Shown here one piece after another: positions 49,356-61,909 of a stretch of DNA of 64,000 nucleotides. The stretch is from assembly GCA_051294375.1 (NCBI GenBank), contig CM119267.1:8891709-8955708 (forward strand), in the 5' to 3' direction. The stretch is from Paraspadella gotoi (lineage: Eukaryota > Animalia > Chaetognatha). The position numbers were made by a program, and so were the translations under genes. Position 1 is the first letter of the stretch. Each line of letters opens with the position of its first letter. The notes under the pieces were generated by a model that was not told where the DNA came from, searched no databases, and saw only the letters and a list, made by a program, of their open reading frames with translations.

Positions 49356-51747
49356 TGGAGAGAACCCGAAGCTATTTCGGTTGTCACGGAGGAGACGTCG
49401 GTCAAGGCGGACCCGCGATTAGTCGACATTTTAAAATCTCCTATCCCCCACTTCTTCCTCGTTTCCGGGACGAGCGATTTCGGGACTCTCGGACAATTCC
49501 TGGATCGGAGAACGACAGACGACGACGACGACGAAAACGACAAACTTCGAAATAACGCGGGATTACGGCGTCGGCCCCGTCGTCATCTCCCGACCGTACA
49601 GAGAGGCGGGGCGTTTCCAGCTCGGCAGCGGGTCTCGAGCCGGCGGGAGATTTAATCTGGGCGAGGATCGCTCGTTAAATATTCCGAATCCCGCGTCAAA
49701 CGCACGAAACAATAAACGTTCATTGTTTGTTTTCTTTTTCTCTTTGTTATTTTTGTTGTTTTTTTTTCGATCCCTCGTCAAACAGATTTTTTAACCACCC
49801 GTTCTCGAAAAAAAAGGGGGGGAAAGGGGGGGTGCTTTTGGGAAAAGTAAAACAAGGAATTAAGCGTCGACCAAGGCAAATATTAAATTTTATTTCCTCT
49901 CTTTTTTTCCTTTCCTTTTTTTTCTACCCGGAGGGTGTTTTAGCTTCGCCACCCTCGGGGTTCTGCCACCTCCATTTATTTAACTTGCTTCCGCAAAGAA
50001 GGACGAGGAAGAGATGGCTCCGAACTTTGAAAAAAAAAAAAAAGAAATAAGGAAGCGGGTCCGCGTTGTTTCAGGTTCTTGTAATTTGTTTCTATATTTG
50101 TCAAATCGTTTAGAAAGCAATAAAATGAGTTTTGCCGATGGGACGTTTTCATAGAAAAATATGAAACTATTAGTTGGTAGCACTCTTCTCACGCGTCTTT
50201 GATGATGCTAGATACTTTAACAATAAACAAAAGTCTTACAAATCTAAATAAATTGATTCCGATGTACTTGCACTCACCACACCACACGCCAAATCGAAAC
50301 ATTAAAACCATCTCACGATATGCGAACAAGTGATCCAAGTGAGAGAGAGAAATTATTCGATTGCATTTATTTCACTTCGATGATTTTTTTTGTTGCAAAA
50401 TTGAATGTACAACAAAACCATGTACATATAACTTACTATTTTGATTTATCAATAGATAAATCGATCGAATTAGTGACAGCGATCGATAGAGTAAACCGCC
50501 AACATCAAATTTGTCGCCGTGTCGTCGTCCGCTTTGCACTTTAACGCGACTCGTAAAAACTGTTATCGGGTCAACGGTTTCATTCTCAGTGGGGTTCGGG
50601 AGCCTTTTTTTCCCCAAGGATTCCGAAATTGACTCGTTTACGCGATGGGAGAAAGTTTTTTCCTTTTTTAAAAACTCATTCGAGTTTTTTTCTTTAAAAT
50701 TCGTCAAAAAGGCGAAGTCCCAGACGGCGAAAATTCTCGCCCAACGACGGGGAAAAAGTTGGTCGATCCAACCCAGCCGCCCGGGTTCGTTGTATTCTAC
50801 TTTCGTTTCGTAACGAGGGCGCGTTTCGCTTCCACCCATTCGCCTCCTCCCCCCCGCGGGGGAGACTCCACAGCCTCCAGTCACACACGCGACCCCCCGT
50901 AAATCCCCCAAATTCCCTTAATCCCGGGGGCAACGCGGGTCCAACGGGAAAATCTCGGGGCCGTCAAATGACTCGATGCTTCTCAAGCCTCTTCTGGGAG
51001 AAGAGAGAGAAGAGAAGAGAGAGCGAGAGAGAGGAGAGAAAGAGAGAAGAAGAGAGAGAGAGAGAAGAGAGAGAAGAGACGGATGGGTCTGTCAACCGAT
51101 GGAAGTCTTTGTTGCGTATCCATAGAAATGGAAAACTGCTTCAGACAACTCGCGTTTAAAACAAAAATTAAAAGCGCGGAAAAAAAAAAAAAAAAATTGA
51201 ATTCAAGGAATGACAGTCTTTCATTCAAAGTCAAACAAATAATCATCTATAATCGTATTTATTTTTTCTTTTTATTTTTAGGATTTGCCTTTAAATTGTT
51301 TAAACTTTATTAGCTAGGTGACTTTTAGTTTCATGAATCTTTTTCGAAACATTGTATTTTCAAAATTTTAAAGAGCCGCTTTCACTAGGCAAAGTCGGGT
51401 GCCAAATGTTAAAACTGTGTTCTTAATGTTAAACCAATCTTCTTAGGCAGGCTTTGTTTAAATAAATCACAGTTTAATTCCATCGTAAGAGAATTCCTGT
51501 TCTCTTTTCACTGGCTAAAGAAAGATTTAATATTATATTGAAATATATAATATAATACTATAGCTAAAAAAACCGTCACTTCGTTGGCCGAAGTGACTTC
51601 AATCGAACCGAACGGCGACGGGAAGAGAGAATTTCGGGCGAATCGCCGTCAGAACTTCGTCCAAGTCTTGGCCGCTAAGTGCGAGTTTGAAAAGCTATCA
51701 ATCATTTACACTCTCTCATCCTTTCACACGAGCTTTTCCTCCTGATC

Positions 51748-51801
<54 letters not shown>

Positions 51802-52081
51802 GCTCACGCCCTATCAGCTCCCCACCCAATCTCCCTCTCGCTTTCATTCTACGCTCACGCGGCAAAGATGAAAGCGAAATAAATTTTATTTGTACACCCT
51901 GTACAGAATCACAACTATTCCCCCCGCCCGTCGAAAGATAAAGGTCCGACCAAAAACATTTTTTTTAATACATTAAACATTTCAACCACTTCTACGATTC
52001 CAACGTTTTTTCGCCTTGGGTGGATGGATATCGGGAAGAGCGGTAATGGAGAAGGAAAAATAGGGAAGAGGGAAAGCTACG

Positions 52082-52171
52082 CCAATACATCCTTCCGATT
52101 GGTCGACGAGCCAAATTTGAGACGTGCGTCGAACGACCAATGAAGGTTCGCCGATGAGTTCGAGGACCAAT
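52082..52171. promoter_or_regulatory. Cluster of four CCAAT/ATTGG boxes
   Basis: CCAAT at 52082, 52137 and 52167, and ATTGG at 52098. Confidence 0.2.
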
Positions 52172-52810
52172 CGGAGTCGAGCTTTTTCTCTCGACGACGT
52201 CGAAACTCGTTTTCGTCTGCGAGGATTCTCTTTTATTTTTTGCTGCTCGGGTTTTTACTCAGAAACGCCGGTGGCCTACGAGAGAATGAAGAGGAGGAGG
52301 ATGAGGAGGAGGAAGAGATGGAGACGAGGGAGCAAAGAAAGAGGAGGAGGAGAGTTCGTGGATTGAGAAAAAAGGAAAGAGACGTGGCTTGGCTGCTTGT
52401 GAGACGAGCCTCTTTTCACCATCTTCGTCGTCGCTCTTCTTTCCCTTGAGTGGATTTTAAATTTTTTTTTTTTTTAAATATTTTTTTTTTTCGAGAAAAA
52501 AAAATTACATTTACATTAACGAAAACAACAATGAATATCCTTACAATTGCCATATTTAGTTATGGTTATTAAAAGAAAAAAACCTGCGTCGCTTTTCGAT
52601 GTGAAACCGGTTTTAATAAGGAAAAAAAAAAAAATTCGTGAATCGTCTTTTTTTTTGGCATCTTCAATATCCTCTCTTCGTGACGAACGGAATTCAGTGC
52701 GGATACTAAACTTTAAAAGCGGAAATTGTATGAGGTTTTTTTTTCGGTTTCGAATGTGAAAAAGAGATGAAGGGAAATGGGGCAAATGAATGTGATTCTT
52801 TGAAATTGAA

Positions 52811-52853
<43 letters not shown>

Positions 52854-53996
52854 TTTTTCTCGACCTCGATCGAATTATCGGTGATTGAATGAGGAATAAC
52901 ATGATCGCGGTCTTCGCCAGTCCGGACGGTGTTAACGCAATTTGCCTCTCGCTAATTGCTTTACTCCATCTCTCACTCTCTCGTTCTCTTTGGCTCTCCC
53001 TCTCGCTCTCCCTCTCTCTCTTCTTCTCTCGCGTGGGTTGAATTCCTAAGTTACCCCGAGGCCCGTTCGTTGGTGTCCGATGGTCGATTTAATTTCCCTC
53101 TCTCCACGGTTATACTCGTTGCGTGTTGGGCGTACATTTAAAGTACAACATTTATACATTTTCAGTTGGTTTAATCCTTTTCATCGGTTTATTAATCTCA
53201 TTCGTCACTGAATTATAGCGACGAAAGTTCAAAAGTTTCGCCTTCTTTTACGTAAAAGCGGCGAAAACCCAATTGGCGATAGAAAATAAATCAAGATTTC
53301 GTAAAAATCATATCGAATCTGGAATGGCTTTAATTTTTTTTCCGAACTAAAACCAGTCGATTTATCCAATTGTCATTCCTCTTCTCTGACAAAATCCAGA
53401 CCAAAAAAAAACAAAGGATTAATACGACTTTTGATGCGACGTTAAACGCCGAAAAAAAAAAGCAAATCGGAATTTAAAAAAAAAAAATAAATAGTCCCTG
53501 CCGTTTCTAAAATCGGTCGTAAAGCCGAGAAGTACTTCGATTTTACAACATTCTTCGCGGATTTTAAATTCAATCGTCGAGGTGGGAATCTGCGGTTACT
53601 AATAGCAACGGAGCGAAAGCATCTCAAATTTCGAGACCACGGATTTTTTTTTCTTATTTTTTATTTCTGTCGTTGACCAATAGAGGATCGCGTCGCGTGG
53701 TCATCCTCGTCGTCGTCTCAGTCGCGAGACGCGTTCGGCGATCCGCGAACGACACGTCACGAATTTACGAGGCTCGTCGTAACTGGGAGCGACGCCGCTC
53801 GTTGTCGCCGCGAATCTAAAAACCGACGCCGGATCCCTGTGGCTCCTCGACGCCGCCCTTCGTCTCTTCCGTCGCCGCATTTATTTATTTTTTTTCGGAT
53901 TTGCTTTTTCTACTTTTTTTTGAATCGCGAGTGGCCGACGGTTCGTCCCCCTCTGTTGACTCGCCAGAAGGTGAGGCATTCGTCATGGAGCGGGAG

Positions 53997-54062
<66 letters not shown>

Positions 54063-54064
54063 CT

Positions 54065-54268
54065 TTGAAAAGGGTGAAACTTCGAACGCCGACCGTCTGG
54101 CAAGATTCGAGCAGGCAGATTTTCGAACTTTGTCGAGAAGAGCTAATGTTAGACTATCGATTCGTCGAGTCTGTAGACAGGATCGAAATCGACGAACCGA
54201 CTCGGCGTCCTCGCTCCGTTTGTTTACGTTTTAAATGTCGTTTATTTATAGGTGCTACGCTTTATTAA
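54065..54268 (+). CDS. Candidate exon encoding a domain resembling the LINE ORF1-type RRM
   Basis: QIFELCREELMLDYRFVESVDRIEIDEPTRRPRSVCLRFK. It shares VDRIEI with the 59.7 kb exon, with only synonymous nucleotide differences. Confidence 0.4.
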   Translation: MKRVKLRTPTVWQDSSRQIFELCREELMLDYRFVESVDRIEIDEPTRRPRSVCLRFKCRLFIGATLY

Positions 54269-54786
54269 ATCTTTAATATTTACAACTTTTAAATATTTCC
54301 TGTTCTATAAAAACTTAACTCCCCTTTCGACTGTAATTTACAATCTAATTCCGCTGTCTTTTTCCCTATATAATCATTCCCCATGTACCCTATTATTTAA
54401 CCCCCTTCTTTTTTCTCTCCATCCACTTCCTTCACACCCTTTGTACATCCCCCTGACCCCGGCCCCCCTGCCGTTCCCCCACTTCCTCCACCCTCTTTCC
54501 CAATTAACCAGAAAACCTTCTAGATCCAACACATGCGCCATTCGTGCCACCAGATGAAATTTCATATGTTTTAGCTAAACATTTTTTCTCGTCGATGTGT
54601 GAGCCGCGAAATCTTTTTTTTTCTCTCTTTTAATTTTTCTTTTTCCTTCTTTAATCAATTTGGCTTCTTTTTTTGTCTTTTTTCTTTTTTTTTTTTTAAG
54701 TTAATTGAACGGAATTTATCCTTCGGAGTTTTTATGTTTGATCAAGGAAAACACTGAAATGTTTTGATTCGCTCTGTATCGTTCCT

Positions 54787-54835
<49 letters not shown>

Positions 54836-56023
54836 CGTTATTTTTTTAAAGACGAACGGCCGATCAAAAGGAAGCTTATTTTCTTAAGTTCTTATTGAAA
54901 AAATAAATCGAATCGGCTTTAATCCCCCCCCCCAACTCGTCTCCTCTCCACCGCTCTCCGCCCCCCCTTGAACAAAAAAAAAAGCTTTCAATAGCTTCGC
55001 TTTACACGGCAAATCGCCTCCCCGAAACATAATCCTCAAAACTCAAATTCGCTCATGGGCCTCACACCTTTTTTGTGAGTGTGAATGCGTGCGTGAGTGC
55101 GTGTGTTAGCGTCTTTGTTCTATCTTCAAGCTTTTCAATTACATCCTTAGCCGCGTAAGATTATTTAAAACGAACATCGGGAAGAATAAAAAAATGGAAC
55201 CCCCAGGATGTAATTCGGAATGGCGGGAGTGGCCCTCGTATTTACTCGATATACGGGAGGGGGAGAAAAAAGAGAGAAAAAAAAAACCCGACGTGAAATA
55301 ATCTAATTCCTACAACAAAGCTTGAAGTGATCAAGCTCTTGGGGCCCCGGCCGCCACGACCGACCCGGCGGGCAGAAGAGAAAGAAAAGGGAAAAAGAAA
55401 AGAAAAAAAAAGCCAAGAGAAATAAAGAAGGCGGGACGAAAAAAAAAAAAGAAAACTGCCTAACAGAGCCCCACCACATGGTCTGAATCACATTTTAACA
55501 CTGGGGTCTTATATACAGAAAAAAAAACCCGAGGAAAAAGCAGTTTCGGAGAAATCTTTTAGCGGGGGGGGCGGCATTTCAGCGAAGGGATTTTTAGCCT
55601 TTTGACGCTTCTTAGCCGAAAGGTTGTCTGAGTCAGAAAATGAGGGTAAACTGACTAAATAAAAAAAAAAGAGAGGGAGGGGAAGGGGAATAAAGAAGGG
55701 AACGTTTTTCTTTCACGCAGTCCCCTTTCTCTCTCTCTCGTCACTCTCACTCACTTCGCTTTGACTCTCTTTATGTCCCTCTCTCTTTATCTTTTCAATG
55801 GGAAGAAAACGAACGGCAGTGAAAGAAGAGTTATTCATGCAAAAACGAGAAAGAGAGACTTGTCTCGAAGACCCGGGGAGAGACGGAGGGAGGGAGATAA
55901 AGTGAGAGAGAGAGAGGGATAGAGAGAGACAGAGAGAAAGAGAAAAAATGAATATGAATAACGACTCGACACGGAAATCGGATTTTTTGCCAACGAGTTA
56001 TTTTCTTCGCCGCCGCGTGAACC

Positions 56024-56055
<32 letters not shown>

Positions 56056-57589
56056 AAGACAAAAATACGGAGACCGAGGCTAACAGAGAAGAGAGAGAGA
56101 GAGAGAGAGATGATTGCATAATGTCCATTGTTATAAATATAAAATGAAATATAAAAAAAAATGTAAAGCTTTCCCTAAGTTCCCCTTGTTACCGAACTCC
56201 CCCACGAATCCACGACCTAACCTCCACCCCATATCCCCTTTCCAAAAAAAAGCCCCCGTTGTCACGTACCCCGAATAATGGACGGAGCGAGGACCCGCCC
56301 CCTTCTTTTCAGCCTCTCCCCGCCCTCCGCTATCGTCATCTTCTCTCGATATTCCTGCCTTGTTTACATTCTCGAGTTTCCAGCCTCCGAAGTTGTTGTC
56401 CCAAGTTGTCACTCTCCACCTGTACACACAAAAACTCGGAGACACACACGTAGAAGGACGATATTTTCGCGCCAAATTCGTTCGGGGGGGGAAAACTATT
56501 GGTCCCTGGGATTGCGCTACCATCCTCTCCGCAACGATCGACTGTCCCCTGTCCGATTTGTTGTTATTGTTGTCGCTGCCCTTTGTCGATTACGAGTCGA
56601 GTCGTTTCGTTGTCACGAGGCGTAACCGACTATTTCAAAGGGCGTGTTTACTTCCACAGAGAATGTGTGAGGCTCTCGAACTAAATCCTTCGAGTCCACA
56701 ATCCTGTCTTATCTGGATTCGGCCTGGAAAGAGAGCTTAACTAATGCAGCCTTCTATCGTTTGGATTACGAAAGATTTTGTTATTTTTGAATTTTGTGTC
56801 ACACAAATCCTGGTTTCAGCTTGACCACTTTTCCCGTTTACTCTTAAGATCTTCCGTTGCTTTTTTTTTCGAAATTACTATCAAAAAAAAATATACGGAA
56901 AGTGGAATAGTTTCGATGTTTATAACAAGTGATATTTATGTTTTCGTCTATTGTAATTGCTTTCCCTTTCGACCACCCGGGGTTTAACGATGGTGGGGCG
57001 AAAGAAAGGTAGGGGCTTAGGCCAAGGATTAATGGCGAAGCTTTGCCAAAACGAAGTAATTTCTTTTTCGCATCTTGGCTCGCGTCAAACGAGCGTATCA
57101 CGGAACAGAATCACAGACGAACGCCTTTCTAGAATTGGCGCGTTACTAAGCCACGCCCTTTCCTTAACCTCCCCCCTTCTCATCCCTTCTTTTTGTCATT
57201 CACTTCCCCCCCCCCAAACATTTTTAACCAAAAATAAAGATGCCTATGTCTTAAAAAAAAAAAAAAAAAAAAAAGCTCAAAGCGAGAAAATAGCGGAATC
57301 GTGTTAAACCTCGACGACAAACACGAAACTTCCGAACCACCCCCTTTCTCCCCCCTCTAACCTCCCTTGTCGATGCACCCACCCCACCCCACCTTCTCAA
57401 GCCAGGGATCCCCTCTTCCACTTTTCTCCTTTCCCCCTTGACGATTCCCTCTCTTTTCCCCCAAAAAAAATCTGAGGAAACAGAATGTGAGAACAGGAAG
57501 ACGAAGAAGAAAACACTTTGCTCCTTGAGCGGCGTGTTGGTTTCTTTTTTTTTTGCCACTGATCTGGCTGTGTTGTTTTTAAAAAGAGA

Positions 57590-57772
57590 AAGAAAGAAAG
57601 AAAGAAACAAAGAAGGATAGAAAGAAACAAAGAAATAAAGAAAGAAAAAAGAAAGAAACAAAGAAAGAAAAAAAACAAAAAAATAAAGAAACAAAGAATG
57701 AAAGAAAAAAAGAAACAAAGAAATAAGGAAACAAAGAAAGAACGAAAGAAAGAAAGAAAGAAAGAAAGAAAA
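57590..57772. repeat. (GAAA/CAAA)n microsatellite
   Basis: Direct inspection. Confidence 0.92.
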
Positions 57773-58421
57773 ACTCCCGGTGTTAATTTTTGGGAAGGTG
57801 TTGTTTCGACTTATTTATATTATCTGTGATTTGTTGTTTTTATTTGAGCTTAAAGGCGCCTGCTGCATTGAAACTCTTGAATTAGTGATAAGCGCAAAAG
57901 ATGTTGAAAGGGAGAACAGAAAAGCCAAAAGTTCCAACCCAAAACTGCCAGTCAAAAAAACAAAAAAACAAGCCGCCTCGATTATTATTTCTTAGGGGCA
58001 GTTTGTAATCGATCTCGCATTATCATAGGAAACAGGACTCTTGTAATAAGAAACGAAACCCCTGTCTATCTCTCTCTGAAACCCCCTTAGGCCACACCCC
58101 TTACCCCTCTTGAGGGAAGAATCGAGGAATTTCTTCCCCGACGAAACAATCTCCGTTCGACTCCTCTGCAGCCAAAATCTTTTTGTTTGTTTTCTCTCCG
58201 ATTATTTTTTTGTTTTTGTTTATTTTAGCTAGGAGAGAACAATAGAGAAAGAACCGGCGAAGGGGGGGGGAGAAAAAAAAGGACCAATCGATAGATCGAT
58301 AAGTTTTTTCGTTGGGAAGAGACGGAAAAGGAAAGGAGTCAAAGGCGGGCTTTCTCTCTATGTCTGTCTGAGACTCTCTCTTACTTTCTCTCTTTATTTT
58401 TTTCCACGCGCTCTCCTTTCC

Positions 58422-58466
<45 letters not shown>

Positions 58467-59560
58467 CCACGATCCTTAAAAGGACATATTCTCTCTCTCC
58501 CTCTCTCTCCCTTCCTTCTCTCCCAGATCCAGTTTCCTTCTTGGATTTCGATCTCATTCTTCCCCTCGGGGTCGTCGAAATAAAAACCGGCGTTCGAGTA
58601 CCTTGAGTCGTTGCTAAGCGACGACTCGAACAAACACGACGCGATCGTTCTCTGTTATTCTCTCTCTCTCTATCTCTCCCGACGAAAGGAGAACGACGAG
58701 AACGTGTTTACTTTTTCGACGGGGCGGCCCGTTATCACCCCCCCTCCCATCTCGATTGACGTAGAGATTGACGGGCGGGTCGTCGGATCGGTTTTGACGA
58801 GCCGCTCGACCGAGTGTTTGTCGAGCTGTTTGCCTCCAACGAGACCGGGTCGAGTCATCGACTCGTTTGTTGTCGTCGTCTTCGTCGACGCGGAATTTTT
58901 ACGGTTTCTGACGATAAGGGATAATAATACTCAAGATTAATGATGACAACCGACGAACAATGTTACTGNNNNNNNNNNACATAAAAAAAAGAATCCCTTT
59001 TTTTGGGTTTCCCTTTTCGTGTGTTTTTTTTCCCTTCTTGTCACAATTCAAGGTTTATTTTCTCAGCCACGGAATTTATGACCGAACGTTGAAACGAGTG
59101 TAGCAGTTGAGGGGGAAGAGAAAAGAACAAGTGAGAGAGAGAGAGAGAAAGAGAAAGAGATTCTTTGTGTCCGAAGGCTACGAGTAAAAACATTAAGAAG
59201 TACACTCCGTTAACGACTTGAGTTGTTATGTTATTGTTGCTGTTATTGTTTACCTTGAGGTTTGCAAACCCGCCGACGCCTTTTTCCAACTGTAAACCCT
59301 CGCAAACAGACCCCCCGCGCATTCTTCACCAGCCCAAATTTATCGATCCCTCACATCGACTTTTTGTTTTCAAATCTCGATCGTTGAATCTCGAGCGACG
59401 GAGGTCGACGATGTCATCCCCGTCTCTGACCTCTCGATCGAATAACCGGAAGTGACGTCATCAACGAGTCACCGACGTTTATCCCCGATTATCCGACGAC
59501 GATTAATCAAATTTTACGACGACGACGACGGCGACGACCGCGCGGCTTTAACCAGTTTAG

Positions 59561-60191
59561 GTTTCACGGTCCAACGATTAATCGATCGATTCACTTCGAT
59601 GCGATCCCCGAGCATCCGATCGATCGTTGTGGAACGGGGGGGGGCGCGACGGGGGGGGTGGTTTTCGAGAGAGGACGTTGACAGAATTGAAATTGAGACT
59701 CTTTTAAAGGGGACCGCGATGAATTGTACGAGAGAAGCCACTCTTCCCAGGTTGATCTTGGTTTTTTTGAAAAATGAAAGTCGCGGTCATGTGGTAAAAA
59801 GAATTCTTTTCCTTTATATTGTTTTCTTTATGACCTGCATATCGATCATTTTAAGATGTTCGCCCACAAAATACGATCCCGCGCGTCGAATACGAGTCGT
59901 CATTACAACATGTACAGCTACATACGAGATCGATCGGCCAATGTTACGATCGCGAGTTTGGGCAACCACGAACTCGATAAGGAGACAGTCATCGCGATGT
60001 CTTTATTTTCGATAAAATCGAAGAGAGGCACGTTTTGCTTACGTCCATATCTATAGATCGTCTTTTTTCTCTCCTTGCATTTTCCTCTCCACATTCCATT
60101 TCCAGGTCCAAAAACCATAGAATCCGTCGCAGAAGGTCCATTCGATTGTTGGCTCCGAAATGATGGACGAATGTCACTTATGACCTCATGA
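59561..60191 (+). CDS. Spliced coding fragment (exons 59561-59793, 59856-60028, 60106-60191) with a second RRM-like motif
   Basis: 62-nt phase-0 intron 59794-59855 and a probable GC-AG intron (AG|GCACGT...TTTCCAG). Gives ..FSREDVDRIEIETLLKGTAMNCTREATLPRLILVFLKNESRGHV|MFAHKIRSRASNTSRHYNMYSYIRD...KSKR|GPKTIESVAEGPFDCWLRNDGRMSLMTS-stop. Confidence 0.45.
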
Positions 60192-60795
60192 CGTCAACGA
60201 TTGACCACGATACGGCGGGATGGAGATCAATCCGAGCGGCGGACCGATTGCCCTTTTGAATGGCGTTTCCATGGAAGGATTTGAGTCGCTTTAATCTCAC
60301 AGAGTGGGAAAGAGTGAACGAGAGAGGAGAGTGAGAGAGAAAAGTATTGAAATTAATCGAGGAAGAGAAAATTAAAAGTGTACATTCTCTAGAATCAGGA
60401 ACCACTCCTTGGATAATAATAACATATTTTATCCATACGAGCTTCATACACATTACCGCTCATTGTTTGTTTCTATACACTTCCATATGTACCCAAGGTT
60501 TTTCTTATTTTCTACTCTCGCCTGATTCTTTTTCTCTTTTTCTTATTTTCTATGAAGAAAATCCCAAACCTAAAATTAGTGCTCTAAAGTTTCGTTTCTT
60601 CCGTCGCACTTCTTCGTGCTCAGGAGAAAAGGAAAGTGTGTTTCTTCTTCTCTCTCTCCTCTCTCATCTCTCTCTCCTCTCCCTCCTCGACACAGGTCAA
60701 CCTCTCTTGCTCCTAGTTTAACCTCGCGTAGAACTTTATCAACTTAAGTGCGTTCGCTTTCACTCTAACGTTATTTACGACGCAGTAGAAAACGG

Positions 60796-61273
60796 ATGCA
60801 GAATCCTGATATCTCGCTCTTTTGTCAGTCCAAGTCACGAGATGTCCGCGGGAGCGGCAATCCGTTCGCAATTATTCTCATATCAATGTATTGTTCCTTT
60901 TTAAATTAATCTAGCTACGAGGTTGCAAACGCATTAAGTCAAATGAAGAAGCCAGATGTTTTTCATAAGACCATTCTTCAAACTAGAAACTTAACACATA
61001 TGTCCAAGGCTTTTACGTTTTTCCTGCATTTACAGTCCCCACCTCGCGTGCGTATTTGCCGAAACTTTGGCCCGATTTCAAGAAGTTGCCCGCCTTCAGC
61101 CCGCTGCTTCTCCTCCCCCCCTATCCCCCTCTACGGGACCGCAACATATGGTTCGTAGTCTCGACTTCCGCGTCGAGATTTACTCGATCCAGACGGTCCG
61201 CCACTGCAGACGCACGTGTCGACGCTTGCGTGCAGTGCGTAAGAGACGACCAAGAAAAGACTGCGACACTTAA
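60796..61273 (+). CDS. Three-exon coding fragment with 27-nt and 34-nt introns, unknown product
   Basis: Exons 60796-60887, 60915-61001 and 61036 onward, both introns phase 2, no corrections needed: MQNPDISLFCQSKSRDVRGSGNPFAIILISI|YEVANALSQMKKPDVFHKTILQTRNLTHI|PHLACVFAETLARFQEVARLQ... Confidence 0.45.
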
Positions 61274-61655
61274 ATAGTTTTTTCTAAGCTGGTCTTGGCG
61301 ATTCCGACAAAAATGCCTTAAACTTAAATCGGTTCGAAAACTGGATTAAACAGACCTAAACAAGCTAAATATTACGGAAACCTCGTCGTTTTTCGCGAAA
61401 TTTCGATGCTCTGTGCGTGTACCGCGTGCAGGAAACATAAAGAGGAAAAACCGTCGTGTTTTCGAATCCGTAACGTTGTTTACGTGATTCCAACCCTTTT
61501 GTGTCTCTTTTCTTCTCTTTTTCTTTTTTTTCCTCCATTTTAATAATTCTCTCTTTCTTCTTCGCGATGAATGAGTCTGATATCGATACAAAAGAGGAAA
61601 GAACCGTGAAAAGTATTCGCTGTTCCGAGGAGTCGCCCTTTTCCAAATTAGAGAG

Positions 61656-61687
<32 letters not shown>

Positions 61688-61878
61688 GAGGATGAAGACC
61701 CCCTTCAGGGCCTGTAGCCCCCAAGGCTAGGACCCCGTCGAAGCTGGCCCCCCGACGATCTGCGATGGACCTCTCCCACATTTGTTAGCCAAGAGAAGAA
61801 AAAAAAACGTTTTTTCCTTCTTTTTTGTCCGAGCCAAAAAATCTTTTTAGGTCTTGTTATAGTCGTGCGATTTGTTGT

Positions 61879-61909
<31 letters not shown>

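Larger units (their letters stand above)
46541..50965. repeat. Inverted duplication, arms 46541-48559 and 48730-50965, 25-N gap in the centre
   Basis: GACGGCCCCGAGATTT (46542) is the reverse complement of AAATCTCGGGGCCGTC (~50950). The arms are colinear throughout. Confidence 0.93.

Noticed and set aside
56260-56448. Solo LTR (TGTCAC...ACA)
   Set aside because: No target-site duplication, primer-binding site or second copy in the window.
61313-61326. 14-nt match to the 5' end of U12 snRNA (ATGCCTTAAACTTA)
   Set aside because: It is not followed by the branch-point pairing sequence GAGTAAGGA or by an Sm site at the expected distance.
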